Shown here: positions 8,743-18,676 of the stretch, piece after piece
How the letters are laid out: every line of letters begins with the position of its first letter
Position numbering within the stretch: position 1 is the stretch's first letter
NCBI GenBank assembly: GCA_963678065.2
Contig: CAXXVZ010000005.1
Span: forward strand, 1-64,000
Length of the DNA: 64,000 nt
Source: Treponemataceae bacterium
GTDB lineage: Bacteria; Spirochaetota; Spirochaetia; Treponematales; Rectinemataceae
Direction of reading: 5' to 3'
Notes under the pieces: model-generated
What the model was told of the DNA's origin: nothing
The model's database searches: none
What the model saw: only the letters and a program-made list of their open reading frames with translations
Program-made: the position numbers and the translations under genes

Positions 8743-9742
8743 TCTCAGCCTCGCTGGGGACCGTCCCCTGCTGCAAAAAGCAGCGAACCCTGTGCTCGCC
8801 GCCTACCAGCGACATCTCGGGATGCTTTTCCCGGCAAATATCCATCGCGTGCTTGCAGCGCTCCGAGAATGCGCAGCCCTTCGGCAGGTACATCGGATCA
8901 GGCATGAGCCCTTCGATCGGGATCAACCTCCGCACCACCTTGTTCAGGCTCGGAAGCGAGGTGAAAAGGCCGATCGTGTAGGGATGGCGCATATCCTTGA
9001 AGATTTCCATGACCGTCCCGCACTCCACGATTTTGCCGGCGTACATTATGGCGACATATTCGCAGTTCTGCGCCACGACGCCCAAATCGTGGGTGATGAG
9101 CAGCATCGATGTGTTCAGGCGCTTGCGCAGCTCCCTCATGAGCTCCAGCACCTGCGCCTGGATGGTGACGTCGAGCGCGGTGGTCGGCTCGTCGGCGATC
9201 AGTATCTTGGGGTTGCAGGTTAGCGCGATCGCGATGATCACGCGCTGCTTCATTCCGCCGGAGAACTGATGAGGGTATTCGTCGGAGCGCTCGGGAGGGA
9301 TCCCGACGAGTTCGAGCATCTGTTTCGTCTTCCGGACGACTTCCGGCTTGGGCATTTCCCCATGGGACAAAACCGCTTCGGCGATCTGCTCCCCGACTGT
9401 CATCACGGGATTCAGGGAAGTCATGGGATCCTGGAAGATCATCGATATCTCTCTGCCGCGGATTTCGCGCATCTCGTCGTCGCTCAGTTGAAGAAGATCT
9501 TTGCCGCGATAGAGGATTTCGCCCTTTTTGATCATCCCCGGCGGCGAAGGGATCAACCTCATGATCCCTTTTGCCAGCGTAGTCTTCCCTGCTCCGGTCT
9601 CACCGACGAGGCCAAGCGTTTCGCCTTCGCCCAGGACGAGATCGACATCGTTCAGCGCACAGACCACGCCATCCTGGGTTTTGTAGGCGATTTCCAGTCC
9701 TTTGATATCCAGTATTCCTTGCATTTCTTCATGTCCTGTCAT
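8735..9742 (-). CDS. Peptide ABC transporter ATP-binding protein (DppD/OppD-like)
   Basis: [29 protein letters not shown]. Confidence 0.93.
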   Translation of the reverse strand: MTGHEEMQGILDIKGLEIAYKTQDGVVCALNDVDLVLGEGETLGLVGETGAGKTTLAKGIMRLIPSPPGMIKKGEILYRGKDLLQLSDDEMREIRGREISMIFQDPMTSLNPVMTVGEQIAEAVLSHGEMPKPEVVRKTKQMLELVGIPPERSDEYPHQFSGGMKQRVIIAIALTCNPKILIADEPTTALDVTIQAQVLELMRELRKRLNTSMLLITHDLGVVAQNCEYVAIMYAGKIVECGTVMEIFKDMRHPYTIGLFTSLPSLNKVVRRLIPIEGLMPDPMYLPKGCAFSERCKHAMDICREKHPEMSLVGGEHRVRCFLQQGTVPSEAENG

Positions 9743-9743
9743 C

Positions 9744-10640
9744 TTACTTCTTCAGCTTTGGGTCGAAAGCATCGCGCAATCCATCGCCGAAAAGGTTCAA
9801 GGCGAGGATGGTGAGCATGATGCCGAGTCCCGGGATGACCGAGATATGCCAAGCATCCCGCATGTACATCTTCGCCGATGTCAATATGGCGCCCCATTCC
9901 GGCGTGGGGGGCTGAATGCCCAGGCCAAGATATGAGAGCCCGGCGATGGCGAGTATGGCGTTCGCGGTGCCGAGCGTGGTCTGCACAATGATCGGAGCCA
10001 TCGCATTCGGGATGATGTATTTGGTGATGACTATGAAATCGTTCGCGCCGACGGCCTTGGACGCTTCTATGAATTCCTTGTCGCGGACCGACATCACCGA
10101 TGCGCGCACGATTCTGGCAAAGCGGGGGATCTGCGGCACCGCGATCGACAGGAGAAGATTGAACATGCTCGTGCCCAGAGCGGCCACGACGGCGATGGCG
10201 AGGACCATGGAAGGGATCGCGAGGAAGACATCCATGAACCGCATGATCAGATTGTCGATCCTGCCGCCGTAATAGCCGGCGATCGCCCCGAAAACACCGC
10301 CTGACAGGGTCGCGATGACGATGGCCACGACCCCGACGAAGAGGGAGTACCGCGTACCCCATATCATCCGGAAAAGTATGCTGCGACCGAATTCGTCGCA
10401 GCCAAAAATATTTTTCAGGCTGGGCGGGGCCAGTTTGTTGTGAAAATTCTGCTTTATCACATATTTCGCGTAGAGCGCGCCGCCATCGATCAGATCGATC
10501 GCGATAGTGGCTATGGAAATCACTATGAGAATAACGATGAGGGCGAGCCCCGCCATGGCAAGCTTGTTGCGCTTGAAGCGTATCCACGCTTCCTGCCATG
10601 GGGTTCTTCCCCCGCTCACTGATTGTTCTTTTCTTCCCAT
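9744..10640 (-). CDS. Peptide ABC transporter permease (DppC-like)
   Basis: RFKRNKLA, FGCDEFGR, EFIEASKAVGA (EAA loop), PTPEWG, GDGLRDAFDP. Confidence 0.93.
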   Translation of the reverse strand: MGRKEQSVSGGRTPWQEAWIRFKRNKLAMAGLALIVILIVISIATIAIDLIDGGALYAKYVIKQNFHNKLAPPSLKNIFGCDEFGRSILFRMIWGTRYSLFVGVVAIVIATLSGGVFGAIAGYYGGRIDNLIMRFMDVFLAIPSMVLAIAVVAALGTSMFNLLLSIAVPQIPRFARIVRASVMSVRDKEFIEASKAVGANDFIVITKYIIPNAMAPIIVQTTLGTANAILAIAGLSYLGLGIQPPTPEWGAILTSAKMYMRDAWHISVIPGLGIMLTILALNLFGDGLRDAFDPKLKK

Positions 10641-10655
10641 CGGGCAGACTCCTCG

Positions 10656-11600
10656 CTATCGCTTGTACTGGGCTTTGATGCGTGGATCTATGAACGCATA
10701 GAGAATATCCACGAGCAGATTCACGAAGGTGAACAAAATGGAGAGCATCACCACCGAACCTAGAACGCAGGGAATATTCTTGCTCTTTATGGCATCCACG
10801 ACGAAACGTCCGACCCCCGGCCACGAGAAGACGGATTCCGTCATCACGGAGCCGCCCAGAAGGACGCCGAACTGCAGCCCCACCACGGTCACGATGGGAA
10901 TCATCGCGTTCTTCAGCTCGTGGTGGATCGTGATCTTGGATTCCCGGACACCTTTTGCCCGTGCGGTATCGATATAGTCCTGCCGGATCACTTCCAGCAT
11001 CGAGGACCGCGTCGTCCTCGCGATCAAAGCCGCGGTGCTGCCGCAGAGTGTCACCGACGGCAACACCAGGCTTACCAGCGTGCCGAAAAATCCGGACCCC
11101 ATCCCCGCCGAGGGAAACCAGCCAAGATTGAGAGAGAATATGATCACCAGGACCAGGCCAAACCAGAATGCCGGCGAGGCGGCGAGGATAAGGGTGACCA
11201 CCATGGCGACATTGTCGAAAATGCTGTATTGCTTTTTCGCCGACAGAATTCCGACGGGAATCCCCACGATTACGGCGATCAACACGCCGAAAAACGCGAG
11301 CAGGAGCGTATTGGGGAGTTTTTCCAGAATCTGGCCCATCACATCCAGGTTGTTCCTGTAAGATTTTCCAAGATCCCCGTGCAGCAGATCGCCGATGAAC
11401 TTCACATAGCGGATGAGCAGGGGCTTATCCAGGCCGAGTTCGGTGTGTACCGCCGCGATCGCTTCAGGGGTGGCATCCGCGCCGAGGATGATCACCGCGG
11501 GGTCTTCCGGCGAGAGGTTCATGATGAAAAACACGAGGAATGTCGCTCCCAGCAAGACGGGAACCAACATGAACAGCCGCCGTATGATGTACCTGTGCAT
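10656..11600 (-). CDS. Peptide ABC transporter permease (DppB-like)
   Basis: YIIRRL, LGLDKP, DYIDTARAKG, FSWPGVG, DPRIK. Start MHRYII at 11600. Confidence 0.93.
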   Translation of the reverse strand: MHRYIIRRLFMLVPVLLGATFLVFFIMNLSPEDPAVIILGADATPEAIAAVHTELGLDKPLLIRYVKFIGDLLHGDLGKSYRNNLDVMGQILEKLPNTLLLAFFGVLIAVIVGIPVGILSAKKQYSIFDNVAMVVTLILAASPAFWFGLVLVIIFSLNLGWFPSAGMGSGFFGTLVSLVLPSVTLCGSTAALIARTTRSSMLEVIRQDYIDTARAKGVRESKITIHHELKNAMIPIVTVVGLQFGVLLGGSVMTESVFSWPGVGRFVVDAIKSKNIPCVLGSVVMLSILFTFVNLLVDILYAFIDPRIKAQYKR

Positions 11601-11604
11601 TTCC

Positions 11605-13362
11605 TCACTCCCTTTCATCGACAGTGGCGATGGAATCCGCGCCGCTTTTCCATCGCAGAAGTTGACAATCGATTGCCGCGATAAGTGCATCCAATTGGCC
11701 GGCGAGTCGATTCCGCTGTCTGACGAGGTCCGTTCTGGCAAAAAGGTTCAGATCTTCTTCCATGCCGTATTTGATCCCCTCGATGGCTTTGTGCAGCAGA
11801 GGAAACGGCGTAGCGAAAATCGCGCGATCGTGACAATAAGGGCTGCTGTATGAATACGTTAACCGCACCAGCTCTCCGGCGATGGATTTCAATATCGGAT
11901 CCGTCTCCTCGCTTTCGAAGCAGGATGAGAAAAAAAGCGAATCAATTCTTCCTTCAAGATGCGTCAGCTTATCGAACACTGGCTCAAACGTCAGATTGTC
12001 ACCTATGTCGTCCTGGAGATTTTTTAGCGTATCCCGCATCATGGCGATGAATCCGGGAATGTCCACGGGAAGGTGACGACAATTGAGGATGCGGCATATC
12101 ATCTCCGCGTTCATCAACGCATCGCGCACGGTGATGCGCGAATCCATCTTGTCGAGCGTATCCTTATCAGTGTGCCACCATACGCCGCCGCTGGGACACA
12201 GGAAATCGCAATTCTCCGGCAGCGGTTCATACTTCAGCATGATCGTGAGGGGAATCCCGACGCCCCAGAAGGACTGATCCGCCCCGCGGATCATGGGAAT
12301 AAAAGGCTTCGCCGGAAAGCCGGTATAGCGGGCGATGAGGTCTCCCGTGAAAGCGGCCCCCTCCATACACGTCGTGCGCGCCCTCACTTGATCGGCGTTT
12401 TTGCAGCCCGCGAGGTCAATGTTGATGTGCGCCACGCAGTTCCTGGATAGCTCTTCCCAGTGATGATCGCAGTACCAGGTGGACCCGGCAAAGCGCCCAT
12501 CCGAATGGCCTGACCACCAGCAGAAAACGAGGCTCCTGTCGAGGGTATCCTCAGCCTCCTGAAAAAGACGGGCAAGCTCAATCAATATGGCGTCGCTGAT
12601 GGCATTGTCGGTGATTCCCTCGTACCAGGAATCATAATGCGCCGACACAAGCACGAACTTTTCGCTTTTCCCGTGTATGGTGGCGACCGGCATGGAGCTT
12701 CGCTTGATGGAATTGTCCATCTCAATATTCAGGGAAATCTGCTTCCCGCCCTTTGCCGCGGCCGCCAATAAAACCTCGCCGGTCGCGTTGGTCACGGAGA
12801 CGTAGGGGATATAGGGGAATTCATCGACATCGGCCAATCCCGGCGTCCCCCAGATCGTGCCGATGCTCGCGTGGTGGATCAGTTCTTCTTTGGAGCTCTG
12901 TATGAGAATGACGGCGAGCGCCTGCGCATCGTGGGCCCGCTTCGCGAAGCTTCCCGCGCCGTTGTATGTGAGTATCACTTTTCCTTTTGCGGCCGCGCGC
13001 CATTCAGCCGCTTCCCCTTCGGGAGAATGCGGGCGATCGAATTCCGGACAGTAGCACAATTCGCCCCGCAAGTTTCTGGCTTCCCCGCTGTACGCCGCTG
13101 CGATGGCACGGAGGACTTCTCCATCTATTTCGATAGAAGCGCCGATCGGCACGCTCAGATACGCGTCGTACCAGAGCCTGCGCGTTTCGATTCCCGATTC
13201 TTCCATTTTGCCGACGATATAATCGACGGCGGCTTCCGCCGCGGGGGTTCCCGTATACCGGTGGAGCGCGTTGAAATAGTGAACCGATCGAGTGATACTG
13301 GCGAGCGATAAACGCTGCTTGATCTTTTGAAAAAGGATAGTTGCGTCTACCGACCTAGCCAT
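11605..13362 (-). CDS. M28-family metallopeptidase with PA domain
   Basis: SAHYDSW, ITDNA, AHINID, ADQSF, WWHT motifs. Start MARSVD at 13362. Confidence 0.78.
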   Translation of the reverse strand: MARSVDATILFQKIKQRLSLASITRSVHYFNALHRYTGTPAAEAAVDYIVGKMEESGIETRRLWYDAYLSVPIGASIEIDGEVLRAIAAAYSGEARNLRGELCYCPEFDRPHSPEGEAAEWRAAAKGKVILTYNGAGSFAKRAHDAQALAVILIQSSKEELIHHASIGTIWGTPGLADVDEFPYIPYVSVTNATGEVLLAAAAKGGKQISLNIEMDNSIKRSSMPVATIHGKSEKFVLVSAHYDSWYEGITDNAISDAILIELARLFQEAEDTLDRSLVFCWWSGHSDGRFAGSTWYCDHHWEELSRNCVAHINIDLAGCKNADQVRARTTCMEGAAFTGDLIARYTGFPAKPFIPMIRGADQSFWGVGIPLTIMLKYEPLPENCDFLCPSGGVWWHTDKDTLDKMDSRITVRDALMNAEMICRILNCRHLPVDIPGFIAMMRDTLKNLQDDIGDNLTFEPVFDKLTHLEGRIDSLFFSSCFESEETDPILKSIAGELVRLTYSYSSPYCHDRAIFATPFPLLHKAIEGIKYGMEEDLNLFARTDLVRQRNRLAGQLDALIAAIDCQLLRWKSGADSIATVDERE

Positions 13363-13449
13363 GAAACACTCCCCTGTCCGAAGCTTGCTGAAGATACGAC
13401 GGACACGCGTATCAGTATACGCGCGCGGACGATAGGGCAAATATCACTC

Positions 13450-13472
13450 GCTGCGATGTAGCAATTGTTACA
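13450..13472. promoter_or_regulatory. Putative Crp/Fnr-family binding site upstream of the M28-dpp operon
   Basis: TGTAGCAATTGTTACA (TGT-N10-ACA). 18/23 identical to 15861-15883. Confidence 0.55.
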
Positions 13473-13577
13473 GAAAACTTTCAACATCAGCTACGACAAA
13501 GAATTATTGGCTCGTTTGACTTAGTCCGGCAAGTAAAATACAATTACTTCATCGTTTTTCGGCGGCAGAGCGCATTC

Positions 13578-14312
13578 ATGGGCGCTGTCAATTTCGCATA
13601 CTGTTCGGAGGTATCCGTTGTGGCTATGAAGAGCACAGTCCTTGTGGATTTCCCAAGCTGCGTCAATCCAGAGGTCAATGAGCTGATAGTCCACAACGCC
13701 AGGAGTATCGTGCTTCCGGCGAAGAAAATATTTGTCCAGCCTGGCGATATAGTAGACTCCATCTATTACATTCATATGGGCAGGACGCGGCACTATATGA
13801 TCAACAGCGACGGGATCGAGAAGATCGCCTATATACTGAACAGTGGATGGTTTTTACGGGAAGGGGTTTTTGTAAAACCCAACGCAAGAGTCATCGCGGA
13901 GAGATACTCGATAACCGAAATTCCGACGGTGATATATAGCATCAACGACAATTGCTACAATAAATTGCTTCGTTATCCAGAATTCTCGAATGAGCTTCTA
14001 CGCAGCAGTACGACAAAGAATGATTTACTGCGCCGAGAGTTGGAGAGCATCGTATTCGACACGGCGAAGGACCGGCTTCTCAAGCTTCTGGCTTCATCCG
14101 CAAAGCTGAAAGAAGTCATCGATACGCATTGGCACCGCCTGAGGATTTCATACAGCCATCAGGATATGGCCGCGATATTGGGCGTAAACAGAGTCACCGT
14201 GAGCCGTATAATTTCTTCATCCATCAAAAATTGCGAATTGCGAACCGTCAACGCCACTATCCAGATACATGCGGATGTGATCGCCCGCATGCTTTTGGAA
14301 GAAAAAGTCTAG
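13578..14312 (+). CDS. Crp/Fnr-family transcriptional regulator (start uncertain, possibly about 13620-13626)
   Basis: N-terminal cNMP-like barrel (IFVQPGD..IYYIHMG) and C-terminal HTH SHQDMAAILGVNRVTVSRI. Confidence 0.88.
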   Translation: MGAVNFAYCSEVSVVAMKSTVLVDFPSCVNPEVNELIVHNARSIVLPAKKIFVQPGDIVDSIYYIHMGRTRHYMINSDGIEKIAYILNSGWFLREGVFVKPNARVIAERYSITEIPTVIYSINDNCYNKLLRYPEFSNELLRSSTTKNDLLRRELESIVFDTAKDRLLKLLASSAKLKEVIDTHWHRLRISYSHQDMAAILGVNRVTVSRIISSSIKNCELRTVNATIQIHADVIARMLLEEKV

Positions 14313-14333
14313 ATTCTGATCAGCCGCCCCCCT

Positions 14334-15734
14334 TCAGACATCGTACGAGCAAAGCAGCGCGGCGACGTGCTTGACCGCCTCCCAATAGTCCTGAAGTTTG
14401 AGATTTTCGTCGGGAGCATGGTGGTTCGATCCGGTATTCCCGGGACCGAAACCAACGATCGGGATCTCCGGCCAAGCGTTCCTGATGGCGCTCGCGGGGC
14501 CGCCGCCAAGCTGCGTGAGTTCGATGACCATCGGCTCCTTGTATACCTTGGCCGCCGCCTCGCACAGCCTCGCGCGGAAGGGAATATCGACGGACGTCCG
14601 CACGGGGCGATTGGCACCGCCGGCCTGCACGACCTCGACATCGGAAAATCCATGTTTATCCAAGTGCTTGCGCAAAAGCGAACCCAGTTCCGAAGGGTCC
14701 TGATCAGCGACCAGGTAGAAGCTTATGCGGGCGTAGGCTTTTCCGGGAACTATGCCCCGCACGCCGTCGTGAACTTCCCCGGCTTCCAGGCCGCAGATGG
14801 AAAGCGAAGGCTCAAGATAGACGCGCCGTTTCAGCGCTTCACCCGTCGCGCCCAGCAGATACCCCTTGATCCCCAATTTCTCTTTCTGGGCACGCTCTTC
14901 GTAGGGGAATTGCCTGAGAACCTCAAAATCGCTCTCCGTGGGGGGGATCACTCGATCGTAAAATCCATCGATCCTTACCTTCTCGTCGGCGTCTTTCAGA
15001 CTCGCCAAAGCCCAGACGAGGCGCCACGACGCGCTGGGAATCGTCGCTCCCATGCGGCTGTGCACATCGCTCTTTGCCGTGGTGACGCGGAGATCGAATG
15101 CGCAGCTGCCACGGACACCGAATCGCGCCCAGGGATGGCCGCTTTCATCCTTGCGACCATTTTCCCATACGCAGACATCGGCCTCGGTGAGGGAGCGAAA
15201 TTCTTCGGGATGCTCTTTGGCGAATCGGAACATGGAAGGACTCGATGTCTCTTCGTCGCCCTCTATCAGGAACTTGACCGTCGCCGGCAAGGTGCCGCAA
15301 ACGGCAAGGATGGCCTGGACCGCGTGGAGCCGCGAGAACAGGCCTCCCTTATTGTCAGAAATGCCTCGAGCGTAAATCGTTCCGTCGAAGACTTCCGCCT
15401 GGAAGGGTGCACCGGTCATCCAGAGCTCTTTCCTTCCTTCCTCTACGACATCGTAATGATTGTAAAATAGAATGGTATTATTCGTTGTGCCGCTCCGCTC
15501 AGAAGTGAGGAGGGCATTGCCTCCCTCCACTTCATGCCGCGAACATCGCAGCCCAATCTTCGTCATTTTCGTTTCAATATATCTGCGGGTCGCTTCCAAA
15601 CCTTCGATATCTCCGGCCACACTTCGAAAGCGACACACATCCTTCAAGTCACCTAGCATTTCATGGGAATGCACATCGATATATTCAAAAATCTCATTCA
15701 AGCGTTCCGCGCCCAATGTTCCTGCCACATTCAT
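14334..15734 (-). CDS. M20/M25/M40-family metallopeptidase/deacylase
   Basis: FYNHYDV, YARGISDNKG, EGDEE, HHAPDEN. Start MNVAGT at 15734 with an AGGAG RBS. Confidence 0.9.
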   Translation of the reverse strand: MNVAGTLGAERLNEIFEYIDVHSHEMLGDLKDVCRFRSVAGDIEGLEATRRYIETKMTKIGLRCSRHEVEGGNALLTSERSGTTNNTILFYNHYDVVEEGRKELWMTGAPFQAEVFDGTIYARGISDNKGGLFSRLHAVQAILAVCGTLPATVKFLIEGDEETSSPSMFRFAKEHPEEFRSLTEADVCVWENGRKDESGHPWARFGVRGSCAFDLRVTTAKSDVHSRMGATIPSASWRLVWALASLKDADEKVRIDGFYDRVIPPTESDFEVLRQFPYEERAQKEKLGIKGYLLGATGEALKRRVYLEPSLSICGLEAGEVHDGVRGIVPGKAYARISFYLVADQDPSELGSLLRKHLDKHGFSDVEVVQAGGANRPVRTSVDIPFRARLCEAAAKVYKEPMVIELTQLGGGPASAIRNAWPEIPIVGFGPGNTGSNHHAPDENLKLQDYWEAVKHVAALLCSYDV

Positions 15735-15860
15735 ATCGATGCTCCTGTCCAAAACAACACGGCCTATGCCGCGATGAGGCCTTCATTTCAGGAAGCAAAT
15801 TGCTTCAGCGAACCTGAATTTCCAAGTGTATCCGTACTCAGGGAATTGTATATGCCGCAA

Positions 15861-15883
15861 GCTGCAACGTAACATTTGTCACA
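15861..15883. promoter_or_regulatory. Putative Crp/Fnr-family binding site upstream of the M20 gene
   Basis: Minus strand TGTGACAAATGTTACG resembles TGTGA-N6-TCACA and matches the site at 13450-13472. Confidence 0.55.
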
Positions 15884-16290
15884 AAAAATTGCTTAAGAGA
15901 TTTCGTTGAAAAGAATTAAAGAAATTGTAAGCCACATCCATGAGAGAATACAGATGAGTAACGCGAGTTTCCGTCATGCGTTCCACAGAATGACCACCGT
16001 GCAAAGAAACGCTGACTGAACGGAACCACATCCTCGTTTTCAAGAAACGACATTGTCTTCACTCACGAGAGCCGAAGCAACCTGTCTTCGTCTGCTTACC
16101 TTTGTGCAGCTATCTACCGAGAAGTAACCGCGCGGGTTCTGTCACAGGGCATACAGGACGCCATTTTGCGACCCGAATTCCGCTGGAAAAATCCGGGCCG
16201 AGTTTTTGACACCGCCAACCGACGGGACTATCAGGCCAGCTCAAAAACAGACAACCGGAAAATGGCGGGACACCATGGGAAACGGGGTTG

Positions 16291-16307
16291 CTGAAATTTT
16301 ATTTCAG
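16291..16307. promoter_or_regulatory. Inverted repeat CTGAAAT-TTT-ATTTCAG upstream of GNAT-anmK (possible RpiR/MurR-type operator)
   Basis: 7-bp perfect arms just upstream of the predicted promoter. The regulator assignment is inference. Confidence 0.4.
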
Positions 16308-16349
16308 TTTTCGCTTTCCATGCCCTCAAGACCATGCTAGAATCGCGCC

Positions 16350-17405
16350 ATGATCGCGATCCGACTCATCGATCCTGCGCGCGTGGCTGGATCGATACTC
16401 GCCCTGTGGGGCCGCTCGATGGGCCCTGGTTTTCCCCTCGACGAGCGTCTTTTCCGTCAGCAGACAGGTCTGGAGAAATCGCCGACGCTGCTCCTCGGCG
16501 CCTTTCCAGGCAGCGATCCGGAAAACCTGGTCGGCATGATCCTGGCGAAGCGATCCGGCCGGCCCGGCCCGGCCGGCGGCATTCCGGCGAGCGGGAACAT
16601 CTCCTTCGTCGCCGTAGATCCTGACTTCAGGCGACAGGGGATCGGGTCATCCCTTCTCGAACGGGCAGAACACTGGCTCGCGGGGTCGGGCGCGACATCC
16701 CTGCGCTTCGGGGCCGACACCTGGCATTTCTTCCCAGGAATTCCCGAGGACTCCTGTAGCGGTCCGGACGACTTTGCCCCCGCCCGGGCCTTCGCCCGGG
16801 CCAGAGGCTTCGGGCCAGGCGGCCTCGAGCACGACGTCGCCGCGGACCTCGCCGGCCTCGACCCCTTCGGACCCGGAACGGGCGCTGCAAAACTTTCCGG
16901 CTACCGGGCAACATTCTTCGACGCAGGGCTGCGGCCGGTTGTCGACGCCTTCTTTGCCCGGAACTTTCCGGGACGCTGGCGGCACGATGTCTCCGACATG
17001 ATCGACGCAGGCATGCGGGGAGAGGATCTTCTGCTCCTCGAAGAGGAGAGTCCCGAAGAGGAGAGCCCCGGGGAAGAGACGAGGGGACGCGTCGTCGGTT
17101 TCGCCCTTCTTTTCAGCGCCGAAAGCGCGATCTACGGTCCCGGCCTGTACTGGCGCTCTCTCATGGGCGAGGCTCCCGGCGGCCTCGGCCCCATCGGCGT
17201 GGACGAATCGGTCCGGGGAAAGGGACTCGGGCTCTACCTTCTTGCCGAAGGGCTCGCACAGCTCAAGTCCCGCGGATGCCGCTTCACCGTCATCGACTGG
17301 ACGGACCTTGTCGGCTTTTATGCGAAATTCGGATTCCACACCTGGAAGAGTTACCGGATGTATTCCAAACAACTCACGCCGCGACTGATCGCAGGCGGAT
17401 TCTGA
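16350..17405 (+). CDS. Tandem GNAT-domain N-acetyltransferase
   Basis: Two acetyl-CoA motifs (AVDPDFRRQGIG, GVDESVRGKGLG), FFPGIP, IDWTDLVGFYAKFGF. Confidence 0.88.
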   Translation: MIAIRLIDPARVAGSILALWGRSMGPGFPLDERLFRQQTGLEKSPTLLLGAFPGSDPENLVGMILAKRSGRPGPAGGIPASGNISFVAVDPDFRRQGIGSSLLERAEHWLAGSGATSLRFGADTWHFFPGIPEDSCSGPDDFAPARAFARARGFGPGGLEHDVAADLAGLDPFGPGTGAAKLSGYRATFFDAGLRPVVDAFFARNFPGRWRHDVSDMIDAGMRGEDLLLLEEESPEEESPGEETRGRVVGFALLFSAESAIYGPGLYWRSLMGEAPGGLGPIGVDESVRGKGLGLYLLAEGLAQLKSRGCRFTVIDWTDLVGFYAKFGFHTWKSYRMYSKQLTPRLIAGGF

Positions 17406-17408
17406 AGG

Positions 17409-18581
17409 ATGGGCACAATGACAGAATACAGGGCCTGCGGGCTGATTTCGGGAACCAGTGTCGACGGGATCGACGCCGTCGTCGCCTCCTTCGGGGTCGA
17501 CGAATCCGGTGTCCGGTCGACGCGCATTCTCGCGGGTTTCACGGCACAGCTGCCCGCCGCGGTCCGGGACCTCATCTTCGAACTCTTCGAGGACTCCGGC
17601 GCGGGCAGCCTCGACGCCCTCGCCCTCCTCAACATGCGGCTCGGCCATCTCTTCGCCGAGGCCGCCCTCGAAGCCATAGACCGGGCCGGCCTCGCCCCCT
17701 CCGACATCGCCGTGATCGGCTCGCACGGCCAGACCATCAGGCACGTCTCGACGCTCCGCGACTGCGCCGGCGAGCGCCTCCTTTCGAGTCTCCAGATCGG
17801 CGAGGGCTCAGTCATAGCGCAGAGGACGGGCATCAGGACCGTGAGCGATTTCCGCGTCGGCGACATCGCGGCCGGAGGAACGGGGGCGCCCATGGTGCCC
17901 TTCCTCGACCGCATCCTGGCGCGCTCCATGGAGAAACCAGTCGTCTTCCAGAACTTCGGCGGGATCGGGAACCTCACTTGCATCGACAATGAAGGCAACC
18001 TTCTCGCCTTCGACACGGGTCCCGCCAACATGATAGCCGACGCCATAGCCGGCATCGCGACGGATGGGCGGCTCTCCTACGACCGCGACGGGAAGATCGG
18101 CACGACAGGCGCTGTCGACGCGAAAATTCTTGAAAAGTGGATGGACCACCCTTTCCTCGCCATGAATCCGCCCAAGACGGCGGGGCGCGAGGAGTTCGGC
18201 AGCGTCTTCATGCGGGAAGAAGTCGAGCCGGCGCTCGCGGCCGGAGTGCCTGTCGCCGACCTCCTCAGGACCGCGGAGGCTTTCACGGCCCGGGCCACGG
18301 CCCGAGCCTGGCGCGAGCTCCTTCCTGTGAGGCCGGTCACGGCCGTCATCACGGGTGGCGGGGCGCACAATCCGGTCATCATGGGCGACCTCGCCGCGGA
18401 GGCCGCGAAGGACGGCACAGAGGTTCTGTCCGGAGAGAAGGTCGGCGTCAGCGTCGACCTGAAAGAGGCGCAGGCCTTCGCCTGCTTCGGCCTGTGCACG
18501 ATTCTCGGCCTTCCGAACACGGAGCCGGGCGCGACGGGCGCGCGCAGGGCAGTGGTTTCGGGAAAGATTTCCCTGCCATAA
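17409..18581 (+). CDS. anmK: Anhydro-N-acetylmuramic acid kinase
   Basis: GLISGTSVDGID, GSHGQT, SDFR..D.AAGGTGAP, NFGGIGN, FDTGPAN, PKTAGREEF, KEAQAFA. Confidence 0.93.
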   Translation: MGTMTEYRACGLISGTSVDGIDAVVASFGVDESGVRSTRILAGFTAQLPAAVRDLIFELFEDSGAGSLDALALLNMRLGHLFAEAALEAIDRAGLAPSDIAVIGSHGQTIRHVSTLRDCAGERLLSSLQIGEGSVIAQRTGIRTVSDFRVGDIAAGGTGAPMVPFLDRILARSMEKPVVFQNFGGIGNLTCIDNEGNLLAFDTGPANMIADAIAGIATDGRLSYDRDGKIGTTGAVDAKILEKWMDHPFLAMNPPKTAGREEFGSVFMREEVEPALAAGVPVADLLRTAEAFTARATARAWRELLPVRPVTAVITGGGAHNPVIMGDLAAEAAKDGTEVLSGEKVGVSVDLKEAQAFACFGLCTILGLPNTEPGATGARRAVVSGKISLP

Positions 18582-18664
18582 AAGATGGGCAGCTGGCGTA
18601 GTGCCGGCTGCCCGCTGGAATGACTGGCGCGGGCTCGGAATCCTTCCCGCGCCTGCCCTTTTTT
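18582..18664. terminator. Probable bidirectional terminator region between convergent genes
   Basis: Hairpins GGGCAGCTGGC-GTAGT-GCCGGCTGCCC and GGCGCGGG...CCCGCGCC, flanked by an A-run and a T-run. Confidence 0.5.
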
Positions 18665-18676
18665 AGTCAACGCTGC

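Noticed and set aside
11936..11945. GCGAATCA matching the element end
   Set aside because: There is no adjacent hairpin or other element sequence, so it is a chance match inside the M28 gene.
15884..16290. AT-richer non-coding stretch at the island edge as an IS remnant, att site or sRNA
   Set aside because: I found no terminal repeats, tRNA, integrase fragment or convincing structure by eye. It is left unannotated.
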